DNA of 64,000 nt from Phoronis australis. Lineage: Eukaryota; Animalia; Phoronida. The translations under genes and the position numbers were made by a program. Under the pieces are notes generated by a model that saw nothing but the letters and a program-made list of their open reading frames with translations, did not search any database and was not told the DNA's origin. How positions within the stretch are numbered: the first letter of the stretch is position 1; each line of letters starts with the position of its first letter. Where the stretch lies: contig NMRA01000395.1 of NCBI GenBank assembly GCA_002633005.1, positions 292,994-356,993 on the forward strand, in the 5' to 3' direction. This document shows positions 26,001 to 38,411 of the stretch, in pieces.

Positions 26001-27213
26001 AAAAACACTTTAGCAAGCAGCTGCACCAGTCATAATCTCACACCGTATAAGTGTCGGTACAATGCAGTTTGTTGAAAATGCGATTGTTGCATGTCCTCAT
26101 TTAGTAAGTATTCTATTTTTACATGAGATGACGTCAGCTGCTGAATAGCTCAGCGGTTAAGGCAACGTTTCAAAACTCGAGTGAAGCGGGTTCAAAACCA
26201 GCTTCAGATTCCCGCCAAAATGTTATTCAACAGGTGTTGATTAACAAAATGGGTTATTCAACAGTTGTAATGCTTATGCCAGGTTTATTATGTGGAATAA
26301 ATTTGATTATTCATAGTTATTAGAAATAGTTGGCTCATTTTATCTTGAAAGAGTCTGATGATGGGTGGAAGTGTCCCAAGTCATTTATTCATTTTCATAA
26401 ATTTTATTATTTTGTTTTACTTAGTAATACATTTACCCTTTGTTTGATTTTTAATTTTTCTGTTTCTCTTTTTAGTATGTTTGGCACAATGGGTTTGGCT
26501 ATGCATTTCTCATGCAACATCTATCTAATCACCTGCTCTGTTTTTGGTACATGGTAGTTCATTTTTCTCACCAGCATAAACCGTGTGATATTTTAAGGTG
26601 CCTTAGAAAAACAGTTAAATATTTAACCAAAATAAACCTAGTTTGCTTGTGCAGGTTTTAGACATTAAAAATGCTTCAGTCATGTCGTGTTAGCATGGTG
26701 TGTAGCAAAAGATTTAAGTTAAGCTGTGTAAGTTGTTTGTACAACCATGTTGTGATAAATATACTGACGTTGGCACAAGTGATGGTTATTGTGTGTGACA
26801 CTCTCAGGTCTTAACTGATGACTGTCATGCAGCTCTGTTTCTCTGTCGCTTTTCATTAGTGCATTGTTAAGAAGTCCCGCTTTTTGGCAGCATCGCTTTG
26901 AGTCCAGTGATCTACCATTTATCAAAAGATTTAATTCTTAAATTTATAATAATGGAACTACTTTGAATTCATCATACCAGGGAAATGGAACCTAATGCGT
27001 CTATTTTGGGAATTCAATTTCAGAAGCCAAACTGTTAAAAAGTCACTACTTTTATACCACATGGATATAATTTAGGCCACTATTGCCTTGAAGTTATCTC
27101 AAATACATTAACTGTCCTGCTCCAATCCTTGGATGGTTGTTCTTCATCAACACACTCTTCGATAACAGCATTTTTTCAAATTGGTAAAGTACATGGTACC
27201 TTGCAACTGGTGC

Positions 27214-27438
27214 TTATGGTTTAGTGCTAAGTGATATTCCAATTCTGTTAACTTATGGTTTAGTGCTAAGTGATATTCCAATTCTGTTAACTTATGGTTT
27301 AGTGCTAAGTGATATTCCAATTCTGTTAACTTATGGTTTAGTGCTAAGTGATATTCCAATTCTGTTAACTTATGGTTTAATGCTAAGTGATATTCCAATT
27401 CTGTTAACTTATGGTTTGTGCCGAGTGATATTCCAATT
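27214..27438. repeat. 39-bp tandem repeat, ~5.7 copies, just upstream of an exon
   Basis: Unit cttatggtttagtgctaagtgatattccaattctgttaa. Confidence 0.95.
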
Positions 27439-27470
27439 TCCGTCAACTTTTTTACTTGATTCCATTTCAG

Positions 27471-27552
27471 GCCAATTCAAGTGTTTCAGTTTGTCAAGTA
27501 TGTTGAAGAAATGCACAAAGATACAGACTTGAAATTTTCTGAGGAATACAAG
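27471..27552 (+). CDS. R3-type receptor PTP exon, entry to the PTP domain
   Basis: atttcag|G CCA...AAG|gtagat, 82 nt, phase 2->0. Encodes PIQVFQFVKYVEEMHKDTDLKFSEEYK. Confidence 0.9.
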
Positions 27553-28318
27553 GTAGATGTTAACATTTTGACTATTAAACAAAATTCTGTTATAAAAGTG
27601 TTTCATTCCCAATTAATTAATACCAAATGAATGACTCTCCTGGAAGTTACAAACTGGGCACGTCTTTTGACACACTCCTAACCAAGACAGCCTCACTGTT
27701 GTTCGAGCAAACAATGGAACTCTTGCTAACATGTTTAATAGAGTCAGAATGTATTCATTGTTCCTGATGTTAGCTTCAAAACACTGATGAGAAGGGTACC
27801 AGGGTACCAGATGGCACAATCGCTCATTATAAATCAGGTCACCAAGATTAAATGTAAGCAACCCATGCACCTAAGCAGTATCCGTGTGTCAGAGGCAGCA
27901 CACTACGGCAACAAAATGTTATAAAACATCCACTGAAACATACTTGTGTCTTCTGATTGGTTAACGCGGATAGCAATGTGATATCTCTTTATTTATGCCA
28001 CCCCTCAGAATGAGGCTATTCATGATCTGACCAATTACAAAGTGCACACTGGTAATTATTGACATCAAGATGAGGATTACCCTAAAGTGGTCTTTCTTAA
28101 CACAGTAAAAGCAACACAAAAATATAGTAGACAAGTGAGATTTTTACAAGATTAGTAATGATGGGTACTGTCCTTCATTGTGGCATAAGATGAGGAACAA
28201 AATTTGCATATTGCTTGAACATGGGAAATATGCAATGATTACGACAGAGTTAGTAAGAAATGATAATCTGTAAGTTTTGTGATCATCAACCAACTTTGAT
28301 TGTTGGTGCATTGCTATC

Positions 28319-28486
28319 ATCTGGGTCTGGGTGTCCTGTGGCCACTGATGTATCTGGGTCTGGGTGTCCTGTGGCCACTGATGTATCTGGGTCTGGGTGT
28401 CCCATGGCCACTGATGTATCTGGGTCTGGGTGTCCCATGGCCTCTGATGTATCTGGGTCTGGGTGTCCTGTGGCCTCTGATGTATC
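28319..28486. repeat. 33-bp tandem repeat x5
   Basis: Unit atctgggtctgggtgtcctgtggccactgatgt. Confidence 0.95.
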
Positions 28487-28819
28487 TCCCAAACACCTTT
28501 GTAGGATAATAAGCTTTAGATGTAGTAGTTGTGTTCCTTGGAAGCTGATGGCAGATGACATCCAGTTTTGGATCACACTAATGTCCGCTCTGCCCTGTAG
28601 TGATACATTTGCTACTTTGTCTTCATAGTTCCTTGAGGGTTTTCAGGAAATTTGGCAAAAAAAGTTTTTATTATGAAGAGGACAACACTTAAGTTTCTAT
28701 TTTGGAATGGATTCCACATATTCTTTGCCACGTAGCAGCCATTTTTATTATTTTTTACTTAATTGTCATTTGCCTCTGCATGCGTCCAACAGCTCAAGGC
28801 ATCAGGAAAATGGGTTGAT

Positions 28820-29010
28820 GGGTTCCTACTAACAAGTGGTAAATGTGTTTCTACTGGTAATTGGCAGATGCGTTCCTACTGACAATCAGTAGATGCATTC
28901 CTACTGATTATTGGCAGATGCATTCCTACTGACAATTGGTAGATGCATTCCTACTGACAATTGGCAGATGCGTTCCTTCTGACAAGTGTCAGCTGCGCTA
29001 CTGACAATTG
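28820..29010. repeat. Diverged 25-bp tandem repeat
   Basis: agatgcattcctactgacaattggc-like units. Confidence 0.85.
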
Positions 29011-29519
29011 CATGACTGATGTGGATTTATGAGATAGTTGCAACTTGATAATCACTAGTTACATTTTTGCACCTGCGTCTGTATCTCATAAGCCACTTGT
29101 AATATCTTGATATTTGACAAGAGTATGTCTGTTAACTGGGCACCAGTTAGATGCTTAACCTCCTATTGGTAATTTGGTTTCTTTGTGGTTGCCTCTGCAG
29201 CTTTGGGGTTCCTTGATGGATTTCATGAAACTTGGCGAATTAATTTCTAGTTGTATTGAGACATGATGAATCATTTGAGTTTGACATGTTCTACCCAATC
29301 TAATGGCCATTTTCATGTAATGGTCATGACATGAATACCACCAGAAGCATGTTGTTCATTTTGCTGCAGTTGTGTGCACATTTCAACAGTCTGAGCCACG
29401 CAACTTAAAAATGCATTGAACCCAACAGAAAATACATGGTCCTGCAATATCAGCTCAAATGACCAGATTGAACAGTTTGCATGATTAAAAACAGATTTCG
29501 TATTTGATAGTTAGGATTT

Positions 29520-30085
29520 ATTCACTGCTGACCTGATGCTGTAATTTTTCCATTAACAAATATTCACTGCTGACTTATGATGTTGTATTCACTGCTGACT
29601 TTATGATGTTGTGTTCTCTGTTGACTATAATATTGTATTCACTGCTGACTTATGATGTTGCTGTGTTCTCTACTTACTTTATGATGTTGTATTCACTGCT
29701 GACTTATGATGTTGCTGTGTTCTCTGCTGACTTATGATGTTGCTGTGTTCTCTGCTGACTTATGATGTTGCTGTGTTCTCTGCTGACTTTATGTTGCTGT
29801 GTTCTCTGCTGACTTTATGATGTTGTGTTCTCTGCTGACTTTATGATGTTGTGTTCTCTGCTGACTTTATAATATTGTATTCACTGCTGACTTATGATGT
29901 TGCTGTGTTCTCTACTGACTTTATGATGTTGTATTCACTGCTGACTTATGATGTTGCTGTGTTCTCTGCTGACTTATGATGTTGCTGTGTTCTCTGCTGA
30001 CTTATGATGTTGCTGTGTTCTCTGCTGACTTATGATGTTGCTGTGTTCTCTGCTGACTTTATGATGTTGTATTCGCTGCTGACTT
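29520..30085. repeat. 25-28-bp tandem repeat abutting the KNRY exon
   Basis: ctgctgacttatgatgttgctgtgttct-like units. Confidence 0.9.
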
Positions 30086-30115
30086 GTTGACTAATCCATT
30101 ACCATTATTCTTCAG

Positions 30116-30206
30116 AGACTTAAGTTACTATCATCAAAAAAGTCGCTGACAATGGCAGAACTGCAATCAAATCGTCCAAAGAACAGATACATCAACATCT
30201 TGCCGT
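30116..30206 (+). CDS. R3-type receptor PTP exon, pTyr-recognition (KNRY) loop
   Basis: ttcttcag|AGA...CCG T|gtaagt, 91 nt, phase 0->1. Encodes RLKLLSSKKSLTMAELQSNRPKNRYINILP. Confidence 0.93.
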
Positions 30207-31792
30207 GTAAGTGCTGAGTAAATCTAGAACACTGAGCGACTTAGGACTAAAAATACTTAATGCAAGGTCACATGAAATGTGTTCCTCAACAGTTCGTTTT
30301 GATACCAGACTAAAGTAATTCAGACTAAAAGTGATGTTATACCCACTCCTTAATAGACTACTCAACGGTCGCAGGTAGAACCCATTTTGGTCATAATTTT
30401 GGTCTGAAGAAATTTCACGAAACACAGCTAAAACAGCGTGCGTGCGTGCGTGCATGTGTGTGTGCATGCCATGTTGTTGAAATTCTACGAAAGATTGCGC
30501 TGTGGCTGCACCTTTCTCTTTGCTAGAGGGAATATTCTGAAATTTGACATGTGGATACAAAGCATTCCGATGACTTACTGTTGAATTATTGGAAATCACC
30601 TGATGGCTCCGCTTTCTCTCCAGTGTTCCTTGAAGGATCTCTCTGAAATTTAGTAATAAGTGGATATATCTCATCATGCACTGTTGACAGGAGTCCCACA
30701 TTTTGAGAATCAGTTTTCTTCACTAAGTAACAATAACGGGCATCAAACTGATTCTCATTTATCGTAATCTATTTTGCCCGGGGTACGCCGCGAATAATGT
30801 CATTTATTTTGACGTAAATAGATAAAACTAACTAAGACTCTGCAAGATGGGCATGGACAAAACGCCCACCAACGTGTATAATGAATAGCCCTGAAAGAGG
30901 AAACAAAACAAAGGAACTGCCTGAAGGGCTTAAAGGAAAAGTACAGAACAAAAATTGAAAACACCTAACAGGAAATGTATATGAGAAAACAGAAAGTGGA
31001 ACCGACACCCAGGATGGGGGGTGGTGAAAAAAATGCAGAGAACGAACGTAGGTCTTGTAGACGATGAGGTATGTGGCTGAATGAGAAAGACCACGTTGAA
31101 CTGAACAAAGGAAATATGGGCCACCAATCAGGTGTCGCATAGAGAAATGTGTGAATACAAAAGTAGGCCCTTGAGGCTATAAATAGAGATTAGTAATGCA
31201 AAATAAACCCTAAGGGTTGGTATCGAAATAAATAAAGAGACAAGTGTCAAAATAAGGACGATAAATGCATTTAACAAGTTAAATTTAATTTATCGTAATC
31301 TATTTTGCCCGGAGTACGCCACGAGCTATGTTGCAGAGTAAAACACGAGGAGGATTGCGAATAATGTCATTTATTATGACGTAAATAGATAAAACTAAGA
31401 CTCTGCAAGATGGGCATGGACAAAACGCCATAATGGCAGCACGGGAATGCTGACATCGCCCATCCGAGGAAGTGGAACCCGGGCAATAACAAGGGTAGAC
31501 TATGATAAAATATAGGAACTAATAACGTTAAAACAGAAAACTAGAATACAAAAGTCTAGAATATAAAAAACAAGAACATAACGAACTGGGAGGAAAGGTA
31601 ACTAGAACTAATGACTAGAAATTGAAGCCTGCAATTACAGACCTTGGGCCACAGGCTGCAACAACGAACCTGCGAACGGGAGGAGGCCGGCTGCAACAAC
31701 AGACCTGACCTAGGGGGCTGAGACCACAGACCCAGAGGAGTGGGAGGGGCTGAAAAGCAAAGTGAGAAAAATGGGGAGCTGCAACAACAGGC

Positions 31793-32786
31793 TCACCAGG
31801 AGTTCAGGAAGCCTGGGGAAGAGGAAAAAGCAGACATGTGAATGTAGTTTTTGAGTGCGTCAGATTTCCAGCGCCCCATGCGCTGGATCACCGGTTCAGG
31901 GACGCCACGGCTGGCCGCTGAGGTGGCGGCGCAAATGCGAAAGCTATGTAACGTATAAGACTTGGTGTTGAGCCCTACAAAGGAAACCACTTTAGTCAAC
32001 ATGGAGTTGAAGCAGGAATGTGTAACCGGTGATCCACTGAGGTGTTGGAACAAGGGGCCAGGAGAGGGCTGAAAAGTAGACAAGTACAAGGTTAGGGCAG
32101 CTACTGGGCAATGGGGAGATTGGATGGACAGAATCGTAAGTGAGACTGGTCCCGAGCTGTGCTTGAAGGTACACATATTGATGACCACGGAATCGCCCGA
32201 GGGGGGGAAGACGACGTCGCTGACCTGTATGACATGGGAGGAGGGCGAGGAGGTGACTGTGAATTCACCTACTCTGAGAAAGGCATGGAAGGCTAGGAGG
32301 AACATAGCACGTGCAAGAACTGAGTCGGCAAAAGAGCCGAGTGCAGAAGGGCAGGCGTCAAACAAGTGGTGAAGCAAAGCTGAAGTAATGGGCATGCGTG
32401 TGTCAGAAGAAGGGTGCAGATTGGAAGCGCCTTTGATGTTTTTTGATGAAAAAGGAGGAAGTGGGGTCAGGGAGGTTGTAAAGCTTGTGGACAAAACTAA
32501 TGGCAGAGACACAGGACTGGATAGACGAGATACTAAGGCCAGATTCGATGAGATGAGAGATGTAGTGGGCCAGGAAAGAGGTATTAATGGGCAAGGTGAG
32601 CGGAGAGTTGTTAGAGAGGTGAAACTGAGCAAGGTTATGCAGGATGCGGGTGTAGGACTGAAGAGTGGAGGGGGCCAGGGAAGCCCGGAACAGTCTGGTC
32701 ACTCTGTCAGGAGGTGCGGCGGGATAGGTGTCGGATGAAGGCTGAGCCAAGAATCCTGGGAAAAGGCGACCTGAAAGTTGAAACAA
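31793..32786 (-). pseudogene. Tyrosine recombinase of the Ngaro element (frameshifted)
   Basis: N-terminal SLAPSTLQSY...; catalytic part AFHAFLRVGE...HSFRICAAT...MGRWKSDALKNYI. Confidence 0.9.
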
Positions 32787-34290
32787 GAAAGTGCATCAGC
32801 TATGATGTTAGTGTAGCCAGGGATATGTTTTGCCCGAAAATGAACGTTGAAGGTAAGAGCGGAGATGACCAGACGACGAACAAGAGACATGATGGGGGAG
32901 TGGCGGGAGGAGGTCTTGTTGATAATGTCAACGACGGCACGGTTGTCGCACAGGAAGAGGATCTTGTGGTTGGCGAGCTTTGGTCCCCACAGCTCTAGCG
33001 CTATGAGGATAGTAAGGAGTTCCTTGAAGGTGATGTGATGGCGTTGCAGGTGCTGGGGCCATGGGCAGGCAAACCAGGAAGCTCCCAATGTCGCAGCAAA
33101 ACCCCCCATTGGAGCCCGCAACATCAGAGTACAGTTTGATGGTGTCTGAAGATGTCCACTAATCGAATAGGAACAGTGTTTTCCCATTGAAGCCTCGGAG
33201 AAAGATGGACCAAGCCTGAAGGTCCGCTCTAGCTTCTTTATTGAGAGTGACGAAGTGGTCTGGTCTCGAAATTCCGATGGTAAGGTTGATGAGTCGGCGC
33301 AGGAAGGCGCGGCCGGGCACGATGACAGAGCAGGCGAAGTTTAGTAGACCAATGAGGGATTGGAGGTCGCAAAGAGTAACCTTGCGGTGCTTCTGGAAGT
33401 CGAGGAGGAGGTCGGAAGCTCTGTCCACCTTGTCCTGTGGAAGAGAAGCAGTCATGGTAGCAGAGTCGAGGTAAATGCCATAAATGGTGATGGAGGTGGT
33501 CGGCTGAATTGTCTTGTCGTGGTTGGTAGGGATGCCTAAGGAGTCGCAGAGTGATATGAATGCGGCGAGGTCTCGGGAGCATGTTGGCGAGGATGGGGGG
33601 CCCACGAAAAAGAAGTCATCGAGGTAGTGCAAAACGCCGACGACCTTCAACTTGGTTTCCAGGATCCATTGAATCACAGAACTGACCTTCTCGAAGATGT
33701 TGCAGCTGGAGGCACAGGCAAATAGCAGGCAACTGTCGTAGTAGAAGTTGTTGGCCCAGAATAGGCCTAAGAGATGGTAGTCGTCAGGGTGTACCGGTAC
33801 AATGCGAAAAGCGTCCTTGATGTCAGTCGTAGCCATGAGGGAGTGGCGCCCAAACTGTTGAACCAGGCGGATAGCGTCCGTGATGGATTGATACTGGACT
33901 TGGGAGAATTGAGGGGGTATGAGGGAGTTAACTGAGTTAGAGTGACGAGATGGATATGTCAAGTTATGAATGAGACGAAAACTGTTAGGGTGAGATTTAG
34001 GGATGAGGGCAAGGGGTGACGTAGAGAAATGGGGGAATGGAGGGGATGGGAAGGGACCAGCATAGCGACCCAGCAGAATCTCAGTCTGTATTTTCTGAAA
34101 GGTAACTTCGGGATTACGAAGAGCTGATGGGTGGTTGGTGGGGGATTGGAGTGACAGATCGGGGAGGTGCCAAGTCTGAAACCAAAAGAGAAACCATTGA
34201 TAAGCTCCGTAGTCGAGAGGGAGTCATAACCTGAAAGGAGAGGTTTAAGTTTGCTTACTTTTACGGGTGTTGGGATACCTGGCAGGTGGG
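32699..34290 (-). pseudogene. Reverse transcriptase-RNase H of the Ngaro element (frameshifted)
   Basis: DIKDAFRIVPV, HYLDDFF, LQSLIGLLNFA, KELLTI..A, FLCDNRAVV and HIPGYTNIIADALS. Confidence 0.9.
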
Positions 34291-35392
34291 TTGGTGGTTT
34301 TGGAGGTAGATGACCGCGCTGGGTGGTTGGCGCCGCAGAAGCCACAACAGTGCTTGTATCGGCAGAGGGGAAGGTTACAGGACTGGTCGTTGAACTTCCA
34401 GCAGATACCTGTGGGGAAAGAGTTGGGTTAGGGGTTGGGGCACAGGGGCCTCGAAAAAATGTGGAGGTGGATGAGCCCTGACGAAAGGACTGACTGTTGG
34501 TTGGGTGGCGTTGGATCTTGTTGAACTTGAGGCAAACTTGGCGCCAGTGGATGTGGTCCCACTCCAAGGGGAAAGAAGACCGGAATTTCCTGAAATGTGT
34601 ATCGTAAAACAAGGCTGCAGAAAGGCCATAGTGTGTGTTGCAATCATGAACTATGGTTGAATACTTTGGGAGCTTAGGGGCATCCTGTGGAAACTTCTGG
34701 ACCAGGATGGATTGAAAAATATTGAAGGCCTGGGTGCACTGAAGAATGGATGAGATGACCTTTGGATGTGCGGAGCTGGAAAAGACGGGACTGTTACTGG
34801 TGAAGGAGATGGAGACAGAGGGAGTGGAGGAGGCGGATGGCTCACCTGAAAGGAGAGAAGAAAAGTCAATGAACTCATTGAAGATGCGTTGACGGGTTTT
34901 GGAGTCGACATGAAATCCCAGAGGCAACAACACATACAAATTATTTGAAGAAGGGTCAATACCCGAAAAAGACGGGGTGGTAGTCGCATCGGAGGCTGAA
35001 GGTGGGGCAGTGATCGTCGGCTGGGATGGGTAGACCTGAGGTGACGAGTCCAGCGGCTGGCTAACGGTGGGCAGCGGAGCAGCAGAATCTGCGTCGTGAA
35101 GTCGTTTCAGTTCTGCAGCCAGCTTGGCATAGTCAATGATGAGCGGCAATGTCTGGATTTCGGATGTTGCTGGTTGTGGACGCGCGAAGGGACTTGCGGG
35201 TGGATGCCCTGGTGGCTTTCTTGGGTGCCATGCTGGAAAAGGAAAAACATGCTGAGTAGACCACCGGGGGAAAAACCCAGGGTGGCGACCCCTGGGCGGG
35301 GACAACCAACAAAGGGAAATGAGTAAAAAAATGGGAAGTACTGGGGATATAATCATCCCGAGAGGGAAGACAGAACCTCGTCGTGGAAACAC
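34290..35392 (-). pseudogene. gag-like ORF of the Ngaro element
   Basis: PLGFHVDSKTRQRI..EFIDFSSLL and ALFYDTHFR...LEWDHIH, at the expected position upstream of RT. Confidence 0.7.
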
Positions 35393-35914
35393 CGCCGGAA
35401 GGAGTGGTTAGAACAGGGTATTGTAAGGCACCCTGCAGGCAAACCGCCGAAATAGCATTGAGCGAGCGAGGTATAAATTTGAAACAAGAGGTACAATCCC
35501 TTGGAGGGATAGAGAGTTAACTAGGGGGCTACGTAAGCCAGAAAAAGCAGAAAAACCTCCAAGTAACTGCCGAAATAATGTATAGTTAGCAGGGATTAAG
35601 CCCCCCTGAGGGCAAACCACCGAAAGTGAAAGAATTGTAGAGGAGGCGAATATGGGGATATAATAATCCCATGAGGAGGAAAGAACCTCTTTGAGAAAAT
35701 ACCACCGAAAGGAGAGATTAATATGACAGGCCATTATAAGGCTCCCTGTAGGCAAACCGCCGAAAATGAATATTTAGAACGAGGGGTAAGGTAGGAGTCC
35801 AGGATATAAAACGATACAAAAAAGGTACCAGGAATACTGGAAGGAAAGGGAGGTGGGGAGGGAAGGGGGATGGGGCGGGACTAGAGGGTGAGAAGGCCCA
35901 GTTCGCAAAGGTGG

Positions 35915-36480
35915 TAACCAATGGCCACGCGAATGCTAAAGGTGTGTTTATGAAGGCCAGAGTGGTTAAAGTGGATCCCGTCCGGGCGGTAGAGGTGGTT
36001 GGGGTTAGCCCAGAAACCTACCTCGTGAGTCCAAAAATAATTGTGGGGCTCATGGGACAGGAAGGATTTAAGGGATGAGTTGAAGGCGAGAACGAAAGCG
36101 CCTCCCGATGTGTAATCGGTGAAACGCCTGTCTGACTAGGACACGACGGATGTCATTGGAAATTAACAAAAAACGGGCGAAAGAAACACAAAGTGGGAGG
36201 CCAAGGCATGGGGTTCGATGGAAGTGGAGTGGAGGTCATTCCCTCCGATCTGGAGAAAAACGAGGTCGGGAGGGGAGCAAAGAAGGGAACGGGTGGCCAG
36301 TTGGATGGACTTTGGGCCGGTGAGAAGGGTCCCGCCCGAGATGCCCAGGGACGAAATGGTGACCAGGGAAGGTCGGAAGCCATAGTTATGGAGGTAGCGG
36401 GCCTGGGGAGGGTCGGACACGAAGTTGTGCAGCCAACAAAAGTCGAACTGCCAAGGATGAGAACATGGGGCGAGATGAGG
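35915..36480 (-). pseudogene. SGNH/GDSL-type hydrolase ORF of the Ngaro element (frameshifted)
   Basis: Block I VLILGSS, block II GISGG, block III PDLVFLQIGGNDL and block V RPDGIHFN, in order. Confidence 0.8.
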
Positions 36481-37701
36481 TATAACGTGAATGAAAAGAT
36501 TGATTAAAATCAAAAATGGGACTTACCACGAAAAGGACGAAGTAAAGCAGAGGAACGAGAAGTGGCAGAGCGTCGCACCCGAACGGAGTAAGGGGTCAAG
36601 GGTCAAAAGGAAACGAAAAAATGCAAACAAAAAAAATGCAGAGAACAAACGTAGGTCTTGTAGACGACGAGGTATGTGGCTGAATGAGAGAGACCACGTT
36701 GAACTGAACAAAGGAAATATGGGCCACCAATCAGGTGTCGCATAGAGAAATGTATGAATACAAAAGTAGGCCCTTGAGGCTACAAATAGAGATGAGTAAT
36801 GCAAACTAAACCCTAAGGGTTGGTATCGAAATAAATAAAGAGACAAGTGTCAAAATAATGACGATAAATGCATTTAACAAGTTAAATTTAATTAAATGCA
36901 AGTGATTATTGCTATGCTATCTGCATTAATTTATTTATTAATAGTATCCACTTGTGGTTTCGACTTACCATTGTCCATTGTCAAGATATTCGAGATTTTC
37001 TTATCACACGTCTAATTCTTATATTGACTATATCCTCTTTGTACTTTTGTTGTTCTATTATAATCATGCTACAGCTTACATTTTTCACATGATTGCCATA
37101 AAATTTATGTAGTTTAAAACATGTACATACTAGTTAAAGGCTCGGACACAAGATGGCACTTTGAAAATCACTTGCAAAGTTTTAACTCCATAATTCTTTC
37201 CCTGAACCTTTTAAAATTGGGGTGTGGATTGATCTCCTTCAAGTATCTGGAGTGTGCTTGGTTTCTCGATACGACTTACCTTCTTTTTGAAGTTCTTTGA
37301 GACTTTCTGATTTGGTGACTGATCCTTTCCAGTTTTGTTGGTTTATCGTTTACTGTACACTGACATCGTGGATGTCTGAGTTGTTGCTGTTGGTGTTTTA
37401 GTTCCGTTGTTGACCTTACCTTTTGGTTTTCCGTTCAATTTTGCCTAATGTTTCTCCTCAGAGCACTTTCATTTTTTGATTTTTAAGACTATAGCACCAG
37501 TATAGCCTTTGGGGTGATGTGAAGTACACTTGGAAAATGTGCTAGGTAGGCCAAAGAATGGTTAGAAAGAAGAATTTTAATTGTCATACTATTTAAAACC
37601 ATACTGTCACGTGAAATTAAGTTCATTTTATCAGTTTTGTGACATTTGTTAAAAGTGTCTAAAAGTCGCGTGACATTTCCAAATGTCATCTCTTTTTCCA
37701 G

Positions 37702-37778
37702 TTGACAGCTCCCGAGTTAAGCTTCTACCGACTGATGACGATGAAGGTTCAGACTACATCAATGCAAACTACATGCCA
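37702..37778 (+). CDS. R3-type receptor PTP exon (DxxRVxL...DYINANY)
   Basis: tttccag|TT GAC...CCA|gtaggt, 77 nt, phase 1->0. Encodes [26 protein letters not shown]. Confidence 0.95.
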
Positions 37779-37962
37779 GTAGGTGTCACTCATACTCTAT
37801 TTTATGTGTCTGTGTCACAGATCAACACAAACTACATGCCAGTAGGTGTCACTCATACTCTATTTTATGTGTCTGTGTCACAGATAAACACAAACTACAT
37901 GCCAGTAGGTGTCACTCATATTCCGTATTATTCGTTTTTGTCATACATCAATGCTAACTTAA
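37758..37962 (+). repeat. 63-bp tandem repeat (~3.2 copies) straddling a splice donor
   Basis: Units start at 37758, 37821, 37884 and 37947; GTAGGT at 37779, 37842 and 37905. Confidence 0.95.
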
Positions 37963-37981
37963 TGTCACCATTGGTTTTTAG

Positions 37982-38149
<168 letters not shown>

Positions 38150-38288
38150 TGAAAATCTTTGAATTTTCATCTGATACAATTTTAGTTGAACAGTGTTTCA
38201 CTCATGAATTGGCATCTGAATATGTTACTTTTGAACAAATAAGTGTAATTTTTTATGTCTGTTCACGACTCGTGGGTTTGTTTTTCAG

Positions 38289-38411
38289 GTGAAGTGTGAA
38301 AGGTACTGGCCAGATGACACAGAGCCAAAATTTTACGGAGACCTCATTGTTCAAAAACGTTCCGAATCTGTCTTGTCTGACTACACAATAAGGATACTTG
38401 ATATTAAACTG
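38289..38411 (+). CDS. R3-type receptor PTP exon (KCxxYWP)
   Basis: ttttcag|GTG...CTG|gtgagt, 123 nt, phase 0->0. Encodes VKCERYWPDDTEPKFYGDLIVQKRSESVLSDYTIRILDIKL. Confidence 0.95.

Larger units (their letters stand above)
24468..26330. mobile_element. Degenerate copy of the 14231-15915 foldback family, split by nested insertions
   Basis: 24468-24687 matches the left terminus. 26060-26330 matches the arm, including a tRNA-like segment at ~26140-26210. Confidence 0.6.
30757..36893 (-). mobile_element. Ngaro-type tyrosine-recombinase (DIRS order) retrotransposon, near full-length, frameshifted
   Basis: Split direct repeats in element order A1(36893-36630), ORFs, B1(31429-31288), A2(31290-31027), B2(30866-30757). 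SGNH, gag-like, RT, RNase H and YR ORFs are all on the - strand. Confidence 0.9.
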
